Below, in pieces: positions 29,285 through 45,490 of a stretch of 64,000 bases of DNA. Both the position numbers and the translations under genes were made by a program. A model generated the notes under the pieces. It was not told the DNA's origin and searched no databases. It was given only the letters and a program-made list of their open reading frames with translations. Numbering within the stretch: the stretch's first letter is position 1; every line of letters begins with the position of its first letter. The stretch lies in assembly GCA_964016885.1 (NCBI GenBank), contig OZ024748.1, positions 12,152,001 through 12,216,000 of the forward strand, given 5' to 3'. This stretch comes from Eledone cirrhosa. Lineage: Eukaryota.

Positions 29285-29512
29285 GTTGTGATGTTGTTGC
29301 TATTCCACTCATGTTTCTGTTTAATTTTGGTTTGAATTCGTTTATGTTGGTCGCTTCTGTAATTTGTCGGAACATAGCGTCTTTTCTGTGTGTGGGTATA
29401 ATGTGTACCCTCATGTTCCATTTTGTCCTATTGGTGGACTACTGATGAGTTTTTCCCACCCTGGATTCTCACGAGTGTTCATTTATCATTTCTCCTTTGC
29501 TACGTTCCATAT
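29285..29512 (-). pseudogene. Degenerate GIY-YIG endonuclease C-terminal part of a Penelope-like element
   Basis: ERSKGEMINEH...RVHIIPTHRKDAMFRQITEATNINEFKPKLNR(fs)HEW matches the PLE pattern 'RS.GER..EH ... DAM.RQI.EA..I....P.LN.K.EW'. Confidence 0.65.
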
Positions 29513-29845
29513 ACATATCCAAAGTGTTATTTTTGAAGATAGTGGAACGTAAATTAAGGGAGCTTTGGCTGCTTCTTCTAGCAAATCAAATGACAACGAT
29601 TGGTATTTTTCAATAAGACCTTGTACCGAAACACATATGACTACTTCAAATATGTGTGATACTATTAATAGCAGTGTGAGAAATGGAAAAGTACGAGAGT
29701 AAGTTCACACAATGTTTCAGGGGAGTTAACTTTGTATAGTGTTTCTGTAACTTCCCTAACTGCTACTAAGTGTCGCTGCTATAGACTGGGATGTCTGTGT
29801 GAAGCAACGGTATGGGTTTAATTATATAGCCACTGACACACATAC

Positions 29846-31700
<1,855 letters not shown>

Positions 31701-33149
31701 GTGACACAGACATGAATGTGTATAAATGTATAAAGGATGGCGAAGACGGGACGAGGAAAAGGAGGGGGTGTTGTTGTAAACAGTAAGGATGAAGGGGGGT
31801 GGGAATGAGGTGGTGATATTATAAACAGTAAGGGAGAGAGGAAGAAGGTAAAGAGAAGGAGGTGAGAAGGTGGTGGTGGTGGTGGTGTAGGTGATGTCGT
31901 TATATACAGTAAGTAAATGGTCACTTGAGCACACCGAGACGGACCTCAATGCAAATATTAGGGAGCGCGGCGTCGCCAACTTGTCAGTGGGTTACTGATG
32001 ATTGTGGTGGTGGTTGTGGTGGCGGTTGTGGTGTTGGTGGTAGTGGTGGTGGTTGTGGTTGTGGTGGTGGTTGTGGTGGTGGTGGTGGTGGTGGTAGTGG
32101 TTGTGGTGGTGGTTGTGGTGGTGGTTGTGGTGGTGGCGGTGGTGGTTGTGATTGTGGTGGTTGTGGTGGTGGTGGTAGTGGTGGTGGTGGTAGTGGTGGC
32201 GGTGGTGGTTGTGGTGGTGGTGGTGGTGGTGGTTGTGGTGGTGGTGGTGTTGATGGTAGTTGTGGTGGTGGTGGTGTTGATGGTAGTGGTGGTGGTGGTG
32301 GTTGTGGTGGTAGTTGTGGTGGTGGTGTTGGTGGTGGTAGTGGTGGTGGTGGTGTTGATGGTAGTGGTGGTGGTGGTTGTGGTGATGGTGGTGGTGGTGG
32401 TGGTGGTGGTGGTAGTGGTGGTGGTGGTGTTGGTGGTGGTAGTGGTGGTGGTGGTGTTGATGGTAGTGGTGGTGGTGGTTGTGGTGGTGGTGGTTGTGGT
32501 GGTGGTGGTTGTGGTGGTGGTGGTGGTGGTAGTGCTGGTGGTTGTGGTGGTGGTGGTAGTGGTGGTGGTTATGGTGGTAGTGGTGGTGGTGGTGGTGGTG
32601 TATGGAAGGATAGAGCATGGATGGATGGTGGTGATGGTGTATGGAAGGATGGAGCATGAATGGTTGTGCTGGGGTGGTGGTGGTGGTGGTAGTAGTGGTA
32701 TGATGGTTATGGTGATGATGAAAAAAACCCATTAAGATCATATCCACCAAAGAAAGAAGAAGAAATGAAGATAGTTGTATGAGACAGACACAGGAGAAAA
32801 ATTACTGGAGTAGAAACTGTTACAAGATGGAGACAACTTCAGTGGAAATATGTGAACTGAGAGTTACTGACACTCGTTGTCGTAACCGACGGAGGGCCCC
32901 ATCATCAGGGAAAATAGAAAGATGTCTTGCTTTAGTTGTCAGTACTAGTTAAGTATAAGGCGGGAAATTGGTAGAGTCATTAAAATGGAGGAACAATTGA
33001 AGAAACTTCAGCTGAGGTGCTTATCCCCGGTTTTCTTGCCGTTAAGCGACTGAGAGTACAAGACTCTCCCTGGATAGGACGCTAGTCTATCGCAGGATTA
33101 ACTCCCCAACTACTGCTGGTACTCACTCTCAGCTAAATATACTAGAGAC

Positions 33150-33460
33150 TCAACAGGCCGTAGTGTCTAGCAACCATCGTTGCTCGTTTGTTCAACACTG
33201 ACAGAGGAACGCTGTACTAGTTTCAAGCTTATTAGCTATCGTCAGCAACGTATACCTTCCTGCCAGATTGTTGAACGTATATACTTACCTTATGCATATT
33301 AACGGCTGAGTAGCTGAATTTGCATATCGAGTGGGTTAATCGGCCGGGTGCACCGAAAACGATAAACGGAAAAAATGAAACGAAATTTCATTTCCCACTA
33401 TTAAGTAACAGCCGTACTAAGAGTGGGAAATGGAATTTCGTTTCATTTTTTCCGTTTATA
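33150..33460 (-). mobile_element. Family C HHR element, different circular permutation, with terminal inversion
   Basis: Shares 2710-2850 sequence, then continues into the 'aaaaatgaaacgaaatttcatttc' block that begins the 2492 copy. 33401-33458 is an inverted segment ending in (TA)n. Confidence 0.8.
33205..33257 (-). ncRNA. Type I hammerhead ribozyme
   Basis: AGG-uau-ACGUUG CUGACGA uAGCU-aaua-AGCUu GAAAC-ua-GUA^ CAGCGU-u-CCU. Confidence 0.85.
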
Positions 33461-33469
33461 TATATATAT

Positions 33470-33582
<113 letters not shown>

Positions 33583-33812
33583 CATACATGCATACATACA
33601 TTCATACATACATTCATACATACATACATTCATACATACATATATATTATAAATGTATATGTAGCTTGACCATGTCTATTTTATTGCCACAGTGGTCGAC
33701 AGCTCTGGCAATAGATAAAAGACAACATATAAGTACAAAATGTCAGTCCCTAGAGGGATGGTCACATTAAGACTCTACCATATGGTAGACAGCTCTGACA
33801 ATAGACAAAAGG

Positions 33813-33850
<38 letters not shown>

Positions 33851-33944
33851 CAACGAAATAACAGAGATTCTTTGTTACAACAAAATGGCTGACTTTACTG
33901 ATTTTCGTATTTTAGTTGTTCTTTTTGCCAATCGTTGATCTTTA

Positions 33945-35310
33945 TCTTGTTGTTGTTGCTGTTATTGTTGTTATTGCCATTGTTGTTATTGCTATTGGTG
34001 TGGCTATTATTGTTGTTGTTGCTGTAGTTGTTGTTGTTATTGTCGTTTTTGTTATTGCTGTTGGTGTTGTTATTATTGTTGTTGTTGTCACTGTTGTTGC
34101 TCTAGACGTGGTTCGTTCAGCTTCATCTTGTTGTTATTGTTGTTGTTGTCGTCGTTCGTTGATCTTTTTCATCCTGTTGTTATTGTTGTTGTTGTTGTTG
34201 TCACCTTTATGGCTGCTACTGTTGTTACAGTTTTTGTTGTTGTTATTATCATTATTGGTATTGTTGTTGTTGTGTTTGATTGTCACCTTTATTGCTGCTA
34301 ATGTTGTTGTTGTTGTTAGTGTTACTATTGTTGTAGTTGTTGTGTGTAATTTTCACCTTTATTGCTGTTACTGTGTGTTGTTGTTGTTGTTAGTGTTACT
34401 GTCGTTGTTGTTATTGTTAATGTTGCTGTTGTTAGTGTTACTGTCGTTGTTATTGTTGTTGTTAGTGTTACTATATTTGTTGTTATTGTTAATGTTGCTG
34501 TTGTTAGTGTTACTGTCGTTGTTGTTGTTGTTGTTAGTGTTACTATAGTTGTTGATGTTAGTGTTACTATTGTTGTTGTTATTGTAGTTGTTGTGTGTAA
34601 TTCTCACCTTTATTGTTGTCGTTGTTGTTGTTGTTAGTGTTACTATAGTTGTTGTTATTGTTAATGTTGCTGTTGTTAGTGTTAATGTCGTTGTTATTGT
34701 TGTTGTTAGTGTTACTATATTTGTTGATGTTAGTGTTACTATTGTTGTTGTTATTGTAGTTGTTGTGTGTAATTCTCACCTTTATTGTTGTCGTTGTTGT
34801 TGTTGTTAGTGTTACTATAGTTGTTGTTATTGTTAATGTTGCTGTTGTTAGTGTTAATGTCGTTGTTATTGTTGTTGTTAGTGTTACTATATTTGTTGAT
34901 GTTAGTGTTACTATTGTTGTTGTTATTGTAGTTGTTGTGTGTAATTCTCACCTTTATTGTTGTCGTTGTTGTTGTTGTTAGTGTTACTATAGTTGTTGTG
35001 TGTAATTCTCACCTTTATTGTTGTCGTTGTTGTTGTTGTTAGTGTTACTATAGTTGTTGTGTGTAATTCTCACCTTTATCGTTGTTGTTGTCGTTGTTGT
35101 TGTTAGTGTTACTATAGTTGTTGTGTGTAATTCTCACCTTTATCGTTGTCGTTGTTGTTGTTAGTGTTACTATAGTTGTTGTGTGTAATTCTCACCTTTA
35201 TTGTTGTTACTGATGTTGTTAATATTGCTGTTGTTAGTGTTACTGTCGTTGTTAGTTTTATTGTAGTTGTTGTGTGTAATTCTCACCTTTATTGTTGTTC
35301 TTCTTGTTGA
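33945..35310. repeat. (GTT)n-derived minisatellite with 172-bp higher-order units
   Basis: Anchor gtgtgtaattctcacctttattg recurs. Identical track ORFs lie 172 bp apart (34579/34751), with ~60-bp units after 34930. Confidence 0.85.
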
Positions 35311-35531
35311 GGTTGTCCTTTTATTTCCCTGTATTTATTTATCTATGTCTTTGTTGGGGGTTGTATGGAACGTCAACCGAAGACAAGGACAAAGAGAGCC
35401 TTGTGATGTCAGCGAGGCATAGAAAAATATAGACTTCGGTTGGTGTGTCTTTGTGTGTGTATATGTATGAGAGTGTAATGGCATCTGTGTCAATATATGT
35501 ATGTATGTATATATATATGTATGTATGTATG

Positions 35532-35608
<77 letters not shown>

Positions 35609-35610
35609 GA

Positions 35611-35641
<31 letters not shown>

Positions 35642-35647
35642 TGTATG

Positions 35648-35711
<64 letters not shown>

Positions 35712-35716
35712 TTTGT

Positions 35717-35804
<88 letters not shown>

Positions 35805-36360
35805 GTGTGTGTGTGTGTGTACTTATATATGTATATATGAATACATACATAAATACCTACATACATAAACACAAATACATATACAAACACATACATCGTA
35901 CAAGCATACGTACTCACATAGATATACACATACATATATACATACATACATACATACACACATACATAAACACATACATACATACACACATACATACACA
36001 CTTACATACACATACATACATACATACACACAAACAGGATTATGTTTATTCGGTGTTATGGCAGATCATTAATGCGTTAATACTGGTCCGCTTCAGTTGA
36101 CGACTGAAAAATCTATTAACTTGTTTACTTAATAGACTCTTCAGCTTGTAAACTTAATGCTTGATAAACGGCAGACATGGCTGGGGGATTCACGTCAACG
36201 CTTCGTTATTATGTAGTTATATAGTCTTGTGTTCGATCCCAGTGCGTGGTGCTGTGTTTTTGCTCTAGCTGTGGGTCGACCCAAAGTCATGTCAATGAAA
36301 CGGGGGAGGTTATCAAGGGCGTATCACTCAACCAGAGCTGAGACACAAATTAACAAATCA

Positions 36361-36403
36361 GTCACTGAGGAGGTTACAGAATGTGTGACGAAAGAGCTTT
36401 GAC
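36361..36403 (+). ncRNA. Type I hammerhead in a dispersed repeat (36338-36565; second copy 21787-22015 with a decayed core)
   Basis: GUCA CUGAGGA g-GUUAC-agaaugu-GUGAC GAAAG-ag-CUU^ UGAC. Confidence 0.7.
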
Positions 36404-36580
36404 ATCAAATAAATAACCATCAGGTTATTGAACAAACCAACCGGAAAATTGAAGTAAAAACTAACAGGTGCGTGTGTTTTTATTGGTAGCATGACCCTCC
36501 CAAATTATAACAATATGTTTCAACAACGTTTTCAGTTAAGAAACCTTGCCAAACAAATTAGAAAGGAAACATATACATAT

Positions 36581-36640
<60 letters not shown>

Positions 36641-36788
36641 TTTCCCGCTTTAGTCATTTCTTCTTCTTCTTCTTCTTCTTCTTCTTCTTCTTCTTCTTCT
36701 GCTGCTGCTGCTGCTGCTGCTTCTGCTTCTGCTACTACTATTATTACTACTTCTTTTTCCTCCTCCTACGCCTCCTCGTTCTTCTCAG

Positions 36789-36982
36789 TGTGGATCGGTA
36801 GTATCGGTAGAGGGTCGGACACCATGCTCTGTAGCATAGAGTTACGGCCCTTTACGGGCTATGTTCGAATGCCACCGAGGTTAACTTTGCCTTTCATCCT
36901 CACGGGGTCGATAAAAATATAGTACCAGTTATGCACTAGGATAATTGCTGGCCTTGTGCCAAAAGTAAGAAACAATTATTAT
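36789..36982 (+). mobile_element. Octopus-type SINE
   Basis: Consensus match. Confidence 0.85.
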
Positions 36983-37724
36983 TCCTTTAATTCTCCTCCT
37001 CCTCCTCCTTATTCTTCTCCTTCTCCTCCTCCTTCTTCTTCTTCTTCTTCTTCTTCTTCTTCTTCTTCTTCTTCTTCTTCTTCTTCTTCTTCTTCTTCTT
37101 CTTCTCATAATAATTATACTGACTTATATTACATCTAATGATTCTCTGTGATCTGTTGTATAGTATATCTGCCTCACCAGGTGTCGCTTTATCAGCCACC
37201 CCTCCCACTCCCCCTCCCCCCTTTACCTTAAGCACCCCCCACCCCTCCACACACACACCTATACCTCACAGCACCTCACCTCACCTCACCTCACCTCACC
37301 TCACCTCACCCCCTCTTCTCAGCCTTCTTCATTGTGGTATCCTTAATTACAGCAACCCTGACATATATCCATAGTTGTTACGTCAAAGAACCCCTCTGTT
37401 TCCAATAATGGCTACACTTGGCTTAATCGTTCGGATATATTTACCGGGTCACTCGGTAGAAATTGCTACGAAAATTATTTTTACACGCAGCCGTTACAGC
37501 GCCATCTACTGAATAAATCGTAAATTATTTGAAACATTGACTGCCCAATTTAACTGCTGTCTTCACTGTCTGTCTGTGTGTCTGACTGGCTGTCTTACTA
37601 GATGTATGTATAGACATACATACATACATACATACATATGTGCAATGCATACATACACATATACATACACATATACATACATATATACATAACAAATTTA
37701 TACGTGTATATAAGTATATTACAC

Positions 37725-37774
<50 letters not shown>

Positions 37775-37918
37775 ACACACACACACACACACACACGCGC
37801 ACACGCACACGCATATATATATATACAATATTGCTCTACCCTAAATATACATACACTTATTCTATATATATATATATATATATATAGACGCAAGCAATCA
37901 TCGAATGCCCTATGTGTA

Positions 37919-37986
<68 letters not shown>

Positions 37987-38062
37987 ATATATATATATAT
38001 ATATATATATTATATACACAGAGAGACAGAGAGAGAGAAAGAGAGAGAGAGGGAGAGGGAGA

Positions 38063-38128
<66 letters not shown>

Positions 38129-38443
38129 AGAGTAATATAGAAAATTTATTTCTATATATTATATAGAGTATTATAGAAACTACGTAATACGACGGATGCA
38201 ACCTAATGACATTCGTTGCCCCCATACCAGTAAGCGGACCCAGTTGGTTGTTATTTTACAGAAATGGCTGGAGTATGGTTTTAAAGGACATCCATGACTT
38301 TAATCGATGGCTTGTGTGGTATGTATGTATGATCTGGGTGGGCCTGTTTGTACGATTATGATTTTGATTGTCATTTGCTCGGATTGGAGGATAGCATGGG
38401 TCTGATTTAGATTTGCTAACGCTCTAATATAGGCAAATGACGG

Positions 38444-38502
<59 letters not shown>

Positions 38503-39195
38503 GTAGTTTAGAAAGCCACAACAATGCAGATGGGAAATCTCGAGGTAAGAAGTGAGTGAGAAATAGGAGAAAAGTGAAAATGAAAATGAAAACAAAACAA
38601 TTGTTGTGGCTTTCTAAACTACATATTTTACACATTTCACAATGCTTCAAGCAAACTTTAACACCCTCTTATATATATATATATATATATATATATACCA
38701 GATTGGAGGCGGTAAAAACCAGGTAGATCATTACTCACTAGAGTACTCGATATGTCGGGGTCCTGAATTCTTCATATATATATATATAACCTGTAGAAGG
38801 CTTAGGTCCGACACATCGAAAGACTTATTCATATATTCCTAAGCGTGAAAGAAGTAACACTTTGTGTTTTGGCATCTCTGTTCTTGAAACTATATACATA
38901 TATATATATATATATAATATATAAGATCAAAAATAATATGTTGATTTAAAACTGCACTATCCACAAGTGTTTTTTAGCCTTCATATCATGTCCTCCTGTT
39001 TTATCTGATGAAAACACAAATATTATTGCATGATGATGTTTGTTTTTGAAATGCGCATAATAAAATACATGGAACTCCTTTAACCATCTTTTGATCTTAT
39101 ATATTATGTATACTCCAGTCCTACAAACTGTAGAGTGCTTCTTATCCGATATCTGCATTGCTTTATTGTACTACAATAAAACTCACCTCCTACAT

Positions 39196-39228
<33 letters not shown>

Positions 39229-39432
39229 GTGTGTGTGTGATGGGTGTGTGTATGTGTGTGTGTGTGTGTGTATATATATGTATATATATGTATATATATG
39301 TATGTGTGAGTAAGTATGTATATATATCAATTGACTATGTAATAGTGGAAAAGGCGATAGACGTGTATATAGAGTCACGTTATTTTTGACATCTGTTGTT
39401 CAATTCGATATTACCGTCTCTCTCTCACTCGG

Positions 39433-39518
<86 letters not shown>

Positions 39519-39721
39519 CATCTATCTATCTATCTCCTGAAGTCGAGGGTTGTTCTATCAACGTGGCATTAAACAACCCATTTGTGGTGCCTCCCCCCTA
39601 TTGGGGATTTTGATTGTTATAATTGTTTGTTTCAATATTTTTGCACGACTGTATGTAAAATCCCCGGCATGTGTCTTTGTATTGTCCCCTTTTCTTGTGC
39701 GCCCTTGTGGCAAATCAAGAA

Positions 39722-39781
<60 letters not shown>

Positions 39782-39873
39782 CTCTCTCTCCTTATTGAGG
39801 ACGCCTTTTTGTGTAAACTCCCCCCTTTGTACTTGTCCCACTTTTGATGCCCTGGTGGCAAATAAAAGAAACA

Positions 39874-39967
<94 letters not shown>

Positions 39968-40169
39968 GTTAATCTCTTATTGACCAATGCAGATAGACGT
40001 TTAGATACCCTATATATAAACTATACTAGATATTTAATTATATATTTACCTATATACTTACACTTTTTACTCACAGTCATACAGCTATACCCCACCCCAT
40101 ACACGCGCTTGTATATATATATATATATATATTACACACACACACATATATATATAAGCATGGGTAAAT

Positions 40170-40210
<41 letters not shown>

Positions 40211-40212
<2 letters not shown>

Positions 40213-40421
40213 ACGAAGGATGTGTGGTAAGGAACCTGGTGGACCATAACAGACCAGGGTACTCGATACTTGGGTAGTAGAGTGGATAATAAGAAAAGAA
40301 TCAGGACCCCGACGGCAGAACTGAAGCCGTTTCAACAGCTATTTCTGGACTACAGAAATAGCTGGTCCAGATATAGCTGTCGAAACGGCTTGAGCTCTGC
40401 CGTCGAGGGCCTGACTCCTTT

Positions 40422-40425
<4 letters not shown>
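40211..40425 (-). mobile_element. Family A fold-back element
   Basis: Same tail with an imperfect palindrome, (TA)n flanks. Confidence 0.75.
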
Positions 40426-40501
<76 letters not shown>

Positions 40502-40597
40502 GTATGTAAAAGGTAAACAGAAATAACAAAACAACACAATCGGTACAGTATATGGAAGGAATATATTAGGTTAACGCTGAAATTACAGGAAGAGGGA

Positions 40598-40631
40598 CTT
40601 AACGTTTCAGACGCTAGTCCTTCATCAGAAG
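40598..40631 (-). ncRNA. Minimal PLE-type hammerhead
   Basis: CUU CUGAUGA aGGAC-uagc-GUCU GAAAC-GUU^ AAG. Confidence 0.65.
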
Positions 40632-40727
40632 AAAGAATGAGATATAAGATAGATTGAGGGGACGGGCGGGTTGGAATTGGAAAAAATGTCTTTAAATAAT
40701 ACTTACATACATATGCACACATATATA

Positions 40728-40822
<95 letters not shown>

Positions 40823-42139
40823 AAAGTATGTGTCCTATATGTAATTAATACATACAGGGATACAAGTATAGTTCGACCGTATGCCAGTGTGGTTCAATAG
40901 CAAGTTAATAAAAGTCAGAACATATAAAATCAAGGGAGTGTAAACACAGAAAATATCTTTAAAAAATAATAATAAATAATAAAATTCCAAAAAATTCACT
41001 GTACTTGAGATCTGAAACCGCGGTAATGGCACATATAGTAAATATAGTGAATTTTTTGGAATTTAATTATTTATTATTAATTTTTAAGATATTTTCTGTG
41101 TTTACACTCCCTTGATTTTATATATATATATATTTGGGTGCAGTGAGATACAACCGGTACTGGCATTGATAAATATGCTGGGTCCCGCGCATATATATAT
41201 ACATGCATATATATACACATGCGCATATATATACACATGCACCCATGTATATACACATATACATATACATACATATGTACATGTGTATATATATATTTAC
41301 ACACTTTTGGATGGCCGTTGACTCTTATGAGTTCTTCCGCCCTTTGTCGCATGATCGGATCGTCGGCGACTAAACTGGCAACCCCACCAAGTTTACTTGG
41401 TGAGGAGGGTGATTTTGGACACCCTGCAGGACAAAAAAACAAAACCTGACAAAGGGCGGAACATACATACATACATGGTGGCTGCCAACTCGTTTTCGAG
41501 TACGGCCACTACTTTATATCCATGTAGGAGAACCCCTACCGATGCGCTGAACGAATGTGACTTTTTAGTCCAGCCAGCGACTTGAAAACTCTGGTACAAA
41601 GACTACACTTGTGACCATTATTGACACATAGTGCTGGGCTCATGGTACCATGTGATGACAAGTGCAGAGAGATCTCCAGATATAAAGCAATGCCTGTGCT
41701 GTGAAGCTTTTATAGTGAGCAAAGGCACTGCACAAAGCCAGTCCCACTCTCTTAACCAAGATGATATTTACCAAAAAGAAGAACAAGTCAACATCATTGG
41801 ATACCATCAGGGTTGCAGGTGTTATATCAGAGTTTTCCTTCTCCTAGAATTCTGCCTGACAAAGGCTAAGGGGTCATCTCTCCCTATACATACATACATA
41901 CATACATACATACATACGATACATATACATAAATAATACATACATACATACATACATACAAATATACACACTTACACATCGTTTGACTGGTTTAAATGGT
42001 TGGTATATTTTATAGTTGTGGTTTTAGTTTTGGTTAGGGGTTAGGCCCAACACGGTTCAGACAAATTAAGCGTCCATTGCATGAACGGTATCAGGGAATA
42101 GAGATGTAGCTTGACTGAATCAGAGTGAAAGGGTGCAAG

Positions 42140-42600
42140 GGCTGGGGGATGGAAGGGTGGATGGAGGGGTGGATGGAAGGGTGGAGGGAAGGGTGGATGG
42201 AAGGGTGGATGGAAGGGTGGATGGAAGGGTGGATGGATGGATGGATAGAAGGGTGGATGGAAGGGTGGATGGAAGGGTGGATGGAAGGGTGGATGGAAGG
42301 GTGGATGGAAGGGTGGATGGAGGGGTGGATGGAAGGTGGATGGAGGGGTGGATGGAAGGGTGGATGGAGGGGTGGATGGAAGGGTGGATGGAGGAGTGGA
42401 TGGAAGGGTGGATGGAAGGGTGGATGGAGGGTGGATGGAAGGGTGGATGGAGGGGTGGATGGAGGGGTGGATGGAAGGGTGGATGGAAGGGTGGATGGAG
42501 GGTGGATGGAAGAGCGGATGGAGGGTGGATGGAGGGTGGATGGAAGGGTGGATGGAGGGTGGATGGAAGGGTGGATGGAAGGGTGGATGGAAGGAAAAAC
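42140..42600 (+). repeat. 12-bp minisatellite (GGAAGGGTGGAT)n
   Basis: Direct reading. Confidence 0.9.
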
Positions 42601-42902
42601 AGGGTGGACGGATGTGTAGAATGACAGAGGGTATGAAAGATTGGACGAGTAGACGTGTGGACGGGTGGTATAAAATGGTGGATGGTGGACGGATGGGAAG
42701 ACATAGGGGTATGAAAGTGAGAAGACGGTCCATAGAAACCAGGTATTTCTTATTTATATATTCTATATGCCAAGACGGCTGAAAACAAAAGGTAATGGTG
42801 ATGATAACTGAGTCATGGGACATCTGATCTTACTTGTCAACCTGCCTAATTGACGTGGCACAGGTAATGTAGCTATTACATAAACACTCACTCACACACA
42901 CT

Positions 42903-42939
<37 letters not shown>

Positions 42940-43103
42940 GTATGTATTTATGTATATGTATTTATATATATATATATATACATACACATATGTATGTATT
43001 TATGTATATATATATATATATATACAGTATATATATACATACACATGTATGTATTTATGTATGTATATATATATATATATATATACACATATCTATGTAT
43101 TTA

Positions 43104-43173
<70 letters not shown>

Positions 43174-43204
43174 CAGTATATATATACATACACATGTATG
43201 TATT

Positions 43205-43244
<40 letters not shown>

Positions 43245-43279
43245 CTCATATCTATGTATTTATGTACATATATATATAT

Positions 43280-43413
<134 letters not shown>

Positions 43414-43547
43414 ACAACACAGTCTAAGTAATTTTTTTACTATAAATGTACGAGTGTCTCTCGAGAGTGCATGTGTTCGCACACACACAGACTCACAGAC
43501 ACACAGACACACACATATATATATATATATTCTATTATGTATATATG

Positions 43548-43584
<37 letters not shown>

Positions 43585-43633
43585 AGAAAAAGAAAGATGA
43601 GAGAGAAGTGATGGCGTGTCGTTTGCTAGGTAT

Positions 43634-43691
<58 letters not shown>

Positions 43692-44054
43692 CAGTAGTAG
43701 TTGTAGTAGTAGCAGTAGCAGTAGTAGTAGTAGCAGTAGTATGCAGTATTGTGTAAGGTGTGACGTCGACGTGAAAAAGCAGCGCCACCTACTGTGATGT
43801 AACATAAACTTTAGTCTGTCTTCTGGCATTGTTATAGTGTGACGTCTGTTAAAGGTTTTGTCAGCACGGCGTGATGGCGTCTGTAGGACTTAAACCAGTG
43901 ATAATCACCTCCTTCTCACCTCTCACCCCCTCTCTCACTCTCTCATGCATACACACACACAAACACACACACACATATATATATATATACATATATATAA
44001 ATATATGTATATATTTGTATATATACGTCTATATATGAATATATATACGTGTAT

Positions 44055-44169
<115 letters not shown>

Positions 44170-44181
44170 TATACATATATA

Positions 44182-44316
44182 TAAGTTATTCCGGGTTGAA
44201 TCGGAGGTAACCACAGTAAGTAAGGTACTCTATACATAGCAGAGTATAAATGTTTTAATATAGAAGAGATTCTACAGGACTAGAACTGTTTCATTCGTGA
44301 GAAATCACCAGGAAGA
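44182..44316 (-). mobile_element. Family D HHR element
   Basis: Reverse complement: cttc CUGGUGA uuuc-ucac-gaau GAAACAG..CUGUA gaa plus the same tail. Further fragments at ~7965-8000, 18288-18392 and 51408-51458. Confidence 0.7.
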
Positions 44317-44320
44317 TATG

Positions 44321-44426
<106 letters not shown>

Positions 44427-44543
44427 ATATATAGAGAGAGAGAGTTTATATATAAGTACGTACACACACATATATATATATGTATATATACAGGTGAAGT
44501 ATGTGTGTATATGTGTGTGTACGTGTGTATGTGTGTATGTGAG

Positions 44544-44587
<44 letters not shown>

Positions 44588-45070
44588 AGAATCTGTTGGT
44601 GGTCAGGTTTTATATGTTATGCCATGTCTATGGCACGGCTATTGCTGTTACATCACTGTGAGGGTAGCGATGGGGTGAATGAGGAGGGGTAAGAGGATAT
44701 GATGGCGTGAGCGAAGGAGGAGGATGCGGGGGGGGGGGATAGGATTGTGTGGGAGGAGATATGGGAGGAGGGATATGATGGTGTGTGAGGAGGAGGTGGA
44801 TGGGATAGAATGGTTAGGGAGGAGAAGAAGGAGGAGGAAAAATGAAGGAAATCTAGAAAGTAAGAACGATAGGGAAAAAGAAGGAAAAACGAGTGTAAAA
44901 TGTATTTTGTTTGTTTTTAGCGCCGCACCCGAAATAATTATATGTTAAAGAAATCAATAAGTTTTCATCAATAACTAATACTAGAAAAAATAAATAATAA
45001 AATAATTATTTATTGATTAATATTGATTTTTTATTTTATTGATATTTTATTTTATTAAATGTTTCGAAAA

Positions 45071-45125
<55 letters not shown>

Positions 45126-45139
45126 TACATATACATAAT

Positions 45140-45220
<81 letters not shown>

Positions 45221-45437
45221 AATTAAGTTAAAAATGTACATCCACATATGTATACTGAAATAATAGTATGCATATGAATACACACACGTGTACATATGTA
45301 GATGTACCGAGTTTTCACTGGTCACTTTACTGTGAGTGTCCAGCTATTCTGTATGTAAACACACATACAAACCGGTTTTTAGAGTCATACTGGTTTTTGA
45401 GGAAACACCTTTCCTCTATTCTCCAGAAAGCCAGACA

Positions 45438-45490
45438 AGGAATATTGGACTAGTTTCGATGTTGTTACATCTCATCAGCAATATTTACCT
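45438..45490 (-). ncRNA. Type I hammerhead ribozyme (first of 9 minus-strand copies, every 465 bp up to ~49210)
   Basis: Minus strand reads AGG-UA-AAUAUUG CUGAUGA GAUG-uaacaa-CAUC GAAAC-ua-GUC^ CAAUAUU-CCU. This gives an exact catalytic core, a 7-bp stem I with a bulged extension, a 4-bp stem II and a minimal palindromic stem III (ACUAGU). Confidence 0.93.

Noticed and set aside
29436-29480. CTGATGAG as a hammerhead core
   Set aside because: No stem II plus GAAA follows, and it lies antisense within the GIY-YIG remnant.
31925-32659. Gly/Cys-rich 244-aa 'structural protein' (also 466-1233 and 8614-9126)
   Set aside because: Several frames on both strands are open because of (GGT)n; no signal peptide or splice context, and similar blocks recur throughout the window.
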